The notes under the pieces: model-generated
What the model was told of the DNA's origin: nothing
The model's database searches: none
The model's input: the letters and a program-made list of their open reading frames with translations, nothing else
Position numbers and translations under genes: made by a program
Shown: positions 59,073 to 64,000 of the stretch, piece by piece
How positions within the stretch are numbered: the first letter of the stretch is position 1
How the letters are laid out: each line of letters begins with the position of its first letter
NCBI GenBank assembly: GCA_913057215.1
Contig: CAJXNQ010000006.1
Location: 5,117 to 69,116 of the forward strand
DNA: 64,000 nt
DNA from: an uncultured Gammaproteobacteria bacterium
GTDB lineage: Bacteria > Pseudomonadota > Gammaproteobacteria > Pseudomonadales > Litorivicinaceae
Reading direction: 5' to 3'

Positions 59073-60368
59073 TTAACGGTAGGTTTGTTCGAACTTACGC
59101 AGCAGGTCGTTACCACCGGCCTCAATATTGGCAAAGGTCGTTTCGACGTTTTGTGATCCTGAAAACAGTTTGTCATAGTTTTCATACATCACTTCACGAA
59201 TCTGCACGTAAAAACCCAGCTGATACCCTTTCGAATGCTCACCGACTGGCAAATTCAACTGCTGAATTCCGACCTCGGCGTCTGGGTTTTCTTTGTAGTA
59301 TCCAGATGTCTTCGCAAGATCATAGGCCGCGTTCGTGATCGGCACATAGCCGGTTTCGCGGTGCCAGTAGAACTGGATCTCTGGGTTGGTCAGGAACTCG
59401 AAAAATGCCGCTACGCCTTCATATTCGGCATCATCATGTCCAGACATCGCAAACAGAGCAGCTCCACCAATAAAGGTTCCTGTTGGCTCATTTGTGATTG
59501 CTTGCCAATACGGAAGATAGGTGGTTCCAAAGTCAAATTCAGCAGACTCTTTTAAGCCACCAAATGAACCCGATGATCCAAGCCACATGGCAACCTCACC
59601 TTGAACAAACGGTGTTTGGTTATCACCCCATGCCCGGCCGTAATACTTGTAAAACCCCTTGTCTTGCCACTCAACCAGCTTTGAGTAGTGGGTCTTCATG
59701 GCATCGTTGTTGTACAAGATTTCTGCATCGAGACCACCAAAGCCGTTATTTTGGGTCGCCAATGGAAGGTTATGCCGTGAGTGGAAGTTTTCAGAGAAGA
59801 TCCAAGGTGAATGCGACTGGGATAATGCAACATATCCTGCACGCTCAAGTGCTGGAGCCACGCGCGACTCGAAATCTTCCCAAGTCGCTGGTGGAAGAGT
59901 CAGACCGGCCTTTTGGAATGCTTCTTTGTTGTAATACAAAACAGGGGTCGAGCTGTTAAACGGCATACCCACCATTTTTCCGCTGTTGTCCGCGTAGAAG
60001 TTCCGGACTCCTGCAATATAGTTGCTCTTATCGAATCCAACACCGTACTGGCTCAGCAAATCTTCAACCGGAAGGACAGCACCTTTGGCATTGATAATTG
60101 TCGCTGCACCGGCGTCGAAAATCTGAATGATGTGTGGCTGTTGGTTTGCGCGGAAGGCGGCGATTCCTGAAGTCATCGTGTCCTCATACCCACCCTTATT
60201 GACAGGTGTCAGTTGGTATTCAGACTGGCTCTCGTTGAATCGCTTGGCGATTTCGTTCACTGTTTCACCAAGCTGACCACCCATGGCATGCCACCATGTA
60301 ATTTCAGTCTTGGCTTGAACTGTAGACGCCGCAAGGAACGCGGCAGCTGTCAAAATTGCACGAAACAT
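59073..60368 (-). CDS. ugpB: sn-glycerol-3-phosphate ABC transporter substrate-binding protein
   Basis: 431 aa with a signal peptide. ITWWHAMGGQLGE, GIAAFRA and MPFNSSTPVLYYNKEAFQKAGL are collinear with my recollection of E. coli UgpB. AAGGAG RBS. Confidence 0.9.
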   Translation of the reverse strand: MFRAILTAAAFLAASTVQAKTEITWWHAMGGQLGETVNEIAKRFNESQSEYQLTPVNKGGYEDTMTSGIAAFRANQQPHIIQIFDAGAATIINAKGAVLPVEDLLSQYGVGFDKSNYIAGVRNFYADNSGKMVGMPFNSSTPVLYYNKEAFQKAGLTLPPATWEDFESRVAPALERAGYVALSQSHSPWIFSENFHSRHNLPLATQNNGFGGLDAEILYNNDAMKTHYSKLVEWQDKGFYKYYGRAWGDNQTPFVQGEVAMWLGSSGSFGGLKESAEFDFGTTYLPYWQAITNEPTGTFIGGAALFAMSGHDDAEYEGVAAFFEFLTNPEIQFYWHRETGYVPITNAAYDLAKTSGYYKENPDAEVGIQQLNLPVGEHSKGYQLGFYVQIREVMYENYDKLFSGSQNVETTFANIEAGGNDLLRKFEQTYR

Positions 60369-60425
60369 TTGTCAGTCTCCTTTTCGTTTGTGCAACGAAA
60401 ATTAGACTGAAAATGTAACCAAAGA

Positions 60426-60454
60426 GTGTCGGATCAATGACTATTTAGTGAACA
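60426..60454 (-). promoter_or_regulatory. Candidate Pho-box-like array upstream of ugpB
   Basis: On the minus strand, TGTTCAC-TAAA-TAGTCAT-TGAT-CCGACAC: three 7-mers at 11-bp phasing, matching CTGTCA(C/T) at 4-5 of 7 positions. They lie 8 nt upstream of a TACATT -10-like hexamer (60412-60417). Confidence 0.3.
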
Positions 60455-60502
60455 TTTTATGAAGTGCTTGCAACATTCTGCGACACCGATCAATTACAAT
60501 AA

Positions 60503-60676
60503 TTATGAATCTGCATTCAAGGCATCGAGCTCGGCCTTGACCGACTCAGCGCGCTCCATCAGCTCTGAGTACCCACGAATGTCACCACTGCGCTGCGCCT
60601 GCATTGCTTGCTCTAACAGAGACTTATATTCTTTATCTAGATTCTTTTTTGGATCTTGTTTAAAAAAACCAAACAT
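60503..60676 (-). CDS. Lacal_2735/DUF6435-like small protein
   Basis: MFGFFKQDPKKNLDKEYKSLLEQAMQAQRSGDIRGYSELMERAESVKAELDAL fits the family pattern as I recall it. I chose the ATG at 60676. Confidence 0.55.
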   Translation of the reverse strand: MFGFFKQDPKKNLDKEYKSLLEQAMQAQRSGDIRGYSELMERAESVKAELDALNADS

Positions 60677-60865
60677 CACCGCTCTCCACATCATGCTGTA
60701 CTTCAAAAGGTGGGCGTGAAAGTCCAGCTTTAAAGCGCTGCGTTAAAAAACATTTGATGAACGCACCGGGCAATACACAGTGTTCGCTGGTGGCGCACTG
60801 TATGACGGACATACGTCCGCCCGTTGGATGGAGTGATCAATCGTGTCTAGTGAATATCGACTATC

Positions 60866-60895
60866 CCCCGTTTATGGGGTAGAGCCCCGTTTATG
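60866..60895. repeat. Direct repeat CCCCGTTTATG x2 downstream of the Fic-like gene
   Basis: Identical 11-mers at 60866-60876 and 60885-60895, 19 nt start to start. The first is followed by GGGG, which could form a short hairpin. Confidence 0.6.
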
Positions 60896-60977
60896 CATTG
60901 GTTGAGCGACGCTCAGGGATTCCGAGAAATGAATGGCGGTGGAGAGACCACAACAAACAAAGTTTGATGACTATCGC

Positions 60978-62348
60978 TTACGGCTTGCCCGAAAGCCATG
61001 CGTCGAGCTGCGCTTCAGTGATACCTAAGCCAATGATTGCGCCTGCATGCAATGTGCTTAAATCCGCTAGCGTCATGGCTGTAAATTTTGCAGTCTCGTC
61101 TATGTCATTTTGCTCACAGAAATTTTCGACATATTCTTCTATCGCTTTGCCGTGCAACCGGTTCTTGACGACTAGCCCCATGACTTCTTTTCTTTGTTGT
61201 CTGTACTGAATTCGGAACACATCAATTTCCCCGAGCGATTTTTTTACTACGCCATATTGCTCGCACGATCGTAGATAGGCCCAGGCATAGAGTTCCAACA
61301 TGGGTTCGACGTTGTTTTGCTCATAGATGGCAAGTAAAGCGGCGGTGTAATCATCCCGCGCAACATCAGTAAAGCTGAGCGGGCATAAATTTTCCTTGAT
61401 AAAGGGGATATTGCAGCTCAGGCGTGAAGTACGTTTGTTGACATCTTCAAACGCCTGCAAGTAGGAAAGATGCACCAGAAGAAAGAAGCTTTGCTCAAAC
61501 GAGTCATTGATCTTGCGAGCTTTTAGTAAAAGAAGCTCGAATAACTCTTTAAGCAGATGAGGATTGTTTAGCGGTTTGTAGGTCGATTGCCCAATATTTA
61601 CTTCAATAGCCCGGATATTGCCGCAAGCCGCCGGGATTGCCAGCAAATCCTGCGATAGCAAATGGTGTAGGTTCCGGATCGTCAGGCTGTTTAGTTCAAT
61701 GGTTTGCGCATTTTCCACCAGGAACAGGATGGCTTCCTTGTGGTTCATAATCATCACGGTTTCTTCGTGAACCTTCCCTTCTGCTGTTATGCCTTCCTCA
61801 ACAAGCTTTTGCGTATCCAGCCGTGAGTAAGTGTTGCCTTCCAAGCGACTGGAGTTATAGGACAGGTCGATGAGTAGCCGCTGGCAAATTTCCCGTGCGT
61901 AGGTGCCTGCTGCCAATGACTTGTCGAAGCGTTTACCTTCCTTGTATAGCTGTTTTCTTACCCTTTCCGGGATATACGCTGTTGTATTTGGCTCGTAGGT
62001 GTCCAAAAAGTTACGGTTATAGGACATTTTTGGGCGGCCATGGGGCGGAGTGTCTAAAAACTTAAGGATATTCTGGCTTTCTGGACTAAAAATCTCGTGC
62101 GCACTGTCCGTTAAGTGTCCAATATTTTCTGTTTCAGACATACCGAGTGGGAGATACTTTCTGGCCTTTTTCTCGCCCACTTTGAGTATAAGACCATCGT
62201 CCGCCATTTTGACAAGACGACGCTGCAATGTCTTGTAACTATATGAAAAAAAGGCCAATTCCGAAATTTTTCCAGTGGACAATCCTTCTGGATTTTTCTC
62301 CAGAATAGCGAGAATTTTCTCTATTTCACTGTGTGCGTCTGATGCCAT
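60978..62348 (-). CDS. HTH-Fic/DOC family protein with degenerate active-site loop
   Basis: 456 aa. N-terminal winged-helix-like segment, an SSRLEG (SxxxEG) element, and a Fic core loop reading QAFEDVNKRTSR (aa 298-309) instead of HPFxDGNGRxxR. Confidence 0.8.
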   Translation of the reverse strand: MASDAHSEIEKILAILEKNPEGLSTGKISELAFFSYSYKTLQRRLVKMADDGLILKVGEKKARKYLPLGMSETENIGHLTDSAHEIFSPESQNILKFLDTPPHGRPKMSYNRNFLDTYEPNTTAYIPERVRKQLYKEGKRFDKSLAAGTYAREICQRLLIDLSYNSSRLEGNTYSRLDTQKLVEEGITAEGKVHEETVMIMNHKEAILFLVENAQTIELNSLTIRNLHHLLSQDLLAIPAACGNIRAIEVNIGQSTYKPLNNPHLLKELFELLLLKARKINDSFEQSFFLLVHLSYLQAFEDVNKRTSRLSCNIPFIKENLCPLSFTDVARDDYTAALLAIYEQNNVEPMLELYAWAYLRSCEQYGVVKKSLGEIDVFRIQYRQQRKEVMGLVVKNRLHGKAIEEYVENFCEQNDIDETAKFTAMTLADLSTLHAGAIIGLGITEAQLDAWLSGKP

Positions 62349-62364
62349 GATCGTCTCTTTGCAT

Positions 62365-62439
62365 GTCCATTAAATCAAGCTACATCATTTAATGGACGCA
62401 ATCAATTTATTTTTTGGACATAAACTATATTTAATGGAC
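62365..62439. promoter_or_regulatory. Operator-like 11-bp repeats (ATTTAATGGAC) upstream of the Fic-like gene
   Basis: Perfect inverted pair GTCCATTAAAT (62365-62375) and ATTTAATGGAC (62387-62397) with an 11-nt spacer, plus a third direct copy at 62429-62439. On the minus strand, TTGATT-N17-TAGCTT (62400-62405 / 62377-62382) is a candidate promoter that overlaps them. Confidence 0.5.
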
Positions 62440-62452
62440 ACAAGCTGCTGAT

Positions 62453-62590
62453 CTATGCCGCTCGCATGTCGTACCATACCCCGCGGCCACTGCCGTGCTG
62501 GTTCAGGGTGCCGCGTTCAACCAGTGCCCTGAAGTGCTGCTTCAGCGTATTACGACCGGCACCCGTAAGCTTAATAGTCCATCCTGAACA
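62453..62590 (-). pseudogene. C-terminal winged-helix remnant of a gene truncated at the IS5-family element
   Basis: The tail LTGAGRNTLKQHFRALVERGTLNQHGSGRGVWYDM resembles the C-terminal wHTH seen in Fic-associated/RecG-like putative DNA-binding proteins. No N-terminal part exists before the transposase stop at 62628. Confidence 0.4.
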
Positions 62591-62627
62591 AGTGTGATCG
62601 ATGCGCATTTTCGTTTGCTTCATGCAA

Positions 62628-63905
62628 TCAAGCCGCAACCAAATTGGTAAAACTGTCAGATTTGGCGGGTTTCCCCCCAAAAAACAGCCTCTGGATTAAG
62701 GCCCAATAAAATTTGGGCGCAGTGACCCTGAGGTGATTCAAGATCAACCTCAGGTTTTGACCACAACCGCACAGCAAGGCAAACATCGCATCACCCAATT
62801 GACCCTTCAGCGTGCAACGATCGAGTCGTCCATCGGTCTTCATGTGACCGATGATCGGCTCAATCGCACTGCGACGCTTTAACTTCTGTTTGATGGATCG
62901 CGTCACGCCACGTTTCTGCCCACTGATGTACACCTCAGTGGAGCTCACGTGATGGCCTCGGTATCCTCGATCCACATAGACAGCCTTCGGACGCACACCC
63001 GTGAGAATCTCGGTTTGCTCCAACGCCTCACGCAGACTGTGACCATCATAGGGATTCCCCGGCAAGGTCCGCATGCCGATCACCAGTCCTTCTTTGAAGG
63101 TCGTGGTGATGGTGGCCTTGACGCCAAACTCATAGGGCTTACGTGCCTTGCCCTTGCCAATACACTCCACTTCAGGTGCATGCCAGCTGTACAGCTTCTG
63201 TTTGTCCTTGGGCTGTTGTGCATGCAATCGCTTGGCTAACGCCAAGCTCGACAATAAACGCTCTGAGGGATGATCCACCTTGCGCTCAATATCTCGGATC
63301 AAACGGCCCAAGATGGTCCGCTGTGACTTCAGCATGCGACGCATCCGTTTAAACTGTTTGGCATGGGCATACCGTCCGGCTTGGATCGCCAACCGTGGCG
63401 CCACCCGATTGTAGTTTTGACGCAACACGATGCCTTCGCGTATCGCCTGCTTCACCAACTGCATACGAGCGGTCTCAAGCAATCGAGAATCAGTAGGATG
63501 CGCAATGGCCTTTTCCATCACCGTGGTATCAACAATCACCTGTTGCATAGAGCGTTGACTCACCGCACCAGAAGACTTCGCGGCTTCGATGGTTTTGGTC
63601 AACAACCACTCCATCCCTTCCTCACCAATCCGCTTTCTCCAGCGCACCAACGACGACGGATCAATCGGCAACCGGTGTTCAAAAAAGGTCATGCCACAGA
63701 AGTGCTGGTAATAGGGCGACTCCAGCCGCCGGTTCAGCACTCCGTCATCACTTAACCCATGCAGATGCTGCAAATACAAGAGACCTGCGACCAAGCGTGG
63801 TGCGGTGGCGGGTCGCCCTGTGGTGGATGGGAAAAACCCATTCCACTCGCGCTCAAAGAACTCCCAATCGAGCAACTTCTCCAGCCGAACCAACTCATGG
63901 TTCAT
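62628..63905 (-). CDS. IS5-family DDE transposase (main 425-aa frame)
   Basis: HELVRLEKLLDWEFFEREW...GRPATAPRLVAGLLYLQHLHGLSDDGVL...YYQHFCG...RWRKRIGEEG (DUF772-type N-domain) followed by a DDE_Tnp_1-type catalytic region (VDRGYRGH...). Confidence 0.9.
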   Translation of the reverse strand: MNHELVRLEKLLDWEFFEREWNGFFPSTTGRPATAPRLVAGLLYLQHLHGLSDDGVLNRRLESPYYQHFCGMTFFEHRLPIDPSSLVRWRKRIGEEGMEWLLTKTIEAAKSSGAVSQRSMQQVIVDTTVMEKAIAHPTDSRLLETARMQLVKQAIREGIVLRQNYNRVAPRLAIQAGRYAHAKQFKRMRRMLKSQRTILGRLIRDIERKVDHPSERLLSSLALAKRLHAQQPKDKQKLYSWHAPEVECIGKGKARKPYEFGVKATITTTFKEGLVIGMRTLPGNPYDGHSLREALEQTEILTGVRPKAVYVDRGYRGHHVSSTEVYISGQKRGVTRSIKQKLKRRSAIEPIIGHMKTDGRLDRCTLKGQLGDAMFALLCGCGQNLRLILNHLRVTAPKFYWALIQRLFFGGKPAKSDSFTNLVAA

Positions 63906-63975
63906 GATCGATAATATCCATCAGCAAAGGGCGGTAAAGATCACGGTTCGGCTCAATGCGTTTTTTGTGTTTCAT
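63895..63975 (-). pseudogene. 26-codon upstream frame that looks like the detached N-terminus of the IS5-family transposase
   Basis: MKHKKRIEPNRDLYRPLLMDIIDHEP* read by hand. It overlaps the ATG of the main frame. Removing one nt would give ...LLMDIIDMNHELVRL..., the usual N-terminal pattern of this transposase group. Confidence 0.5.
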
Positions 63976-64000
63976 GGCATCTGAATTTGCAAGAAATTGA

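Larger units (their letters stand above)
62600..64000 (-). mobile_element. IS5-family insertion sequence (left end approximate; right end beyond the window)
   Basis: Contains the DDE transposase ORF below. The left boundary must lie between about 62590 and 62627. I could not identify terminal inverted repeats because the right end is outside the window. Confidence 0.7.

Noticed and set aside
60978-62680. The Fic-like gene plus the upstream 75-aa ORF, considered as a Doc/Phd-type or FicT/FicA-type toxin-antitoxin pair.
   Set aside because: The upstream ORF looks like the C-terminal wHTH remnant of a larger gene cut by the IS, not a small antitoxin. The Fic-like protein lacks the catalytic His needed for toxin activity and carries its own SxxxEG element.
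1-64000. Search for CRISPR arrays, tRNA/rRNA genes, prophage or known defence-system genes.
   Set aside because: No regularly spaced repeats were seen, and no T-loop-like GGTTCGAATCC motifs occur in the gaps longer than 90 bp. I found no cas, integrase, restriction-modification, Abi, CBASS, retron or similar proteins among the translated ORFs.

Overview
This looks like a chromosomal segment of a gammaproteobacterium. The taxon is my inference from gene content and synteny: rpoE-rseA/B/C-mucD-lepA-lepB-rnc-era-recO-pdxJ-acpS on the minus strand, with nadB divergent from rpoE, then sdhE, ygfZ and ung. About 80 coding regions are packed very tightly. I found no rRNA, tRNA or CRISPR array and no recognisable prophage or known defence system.

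Most of the window is housekeeping or ordinary metabolism:
- hrpA, ppnN, two PlsC-type acyltransferases, speH-speE, panD, fpr, dsbB, sseA and a SulP transporter
- a Bcr-type MFS pump and a complete ugpBAEC operon
- a TAXI-TRAP / L-2-hydroxyglutarate oxidase cluster and an ADH-gabD cluster

The clearly accessory part is the right end (about 60.7-64.0 kb):
- An HTH-Fic-like protein has a degenerate catalytic loop, QAFEDVNKRTSR in place of HPFxDGNGRxxR.
- Three copies of an 11-bp operator-like repeat lie just upstream of it.
- Next comes a C-terminal winged-helix gene remnant.
- An IS5-family element follows and runs off the window. Its transposase appears split by a 1-nt frameshift near the N-terminus.

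A second, softer accessory patch lies at 48.1-51.2 kb:
- orphan secreted and small ORFs, and a DUF1643-GlcG pair
- a roughly 21% G+C divergent intergenic region
- a CREST/ceramidase-like membrane hydrolase translationally coupled to a small XRE HTH protein

A window-wide oddity is that 12-13 of about 16 convergent gene pairs overlap at their 3' ends, by 4-72 nt. That leaves essentially no room for intrinsic terminators.

I see no convincing complete novel multi-gene system. The Fic-like locus and the seven-gene transporter/LhgO/TAXI-TRAP chain are the best candidates for follow-up. All product calls come from reading the translated ORFs against remembered family motifs; no database search was run.
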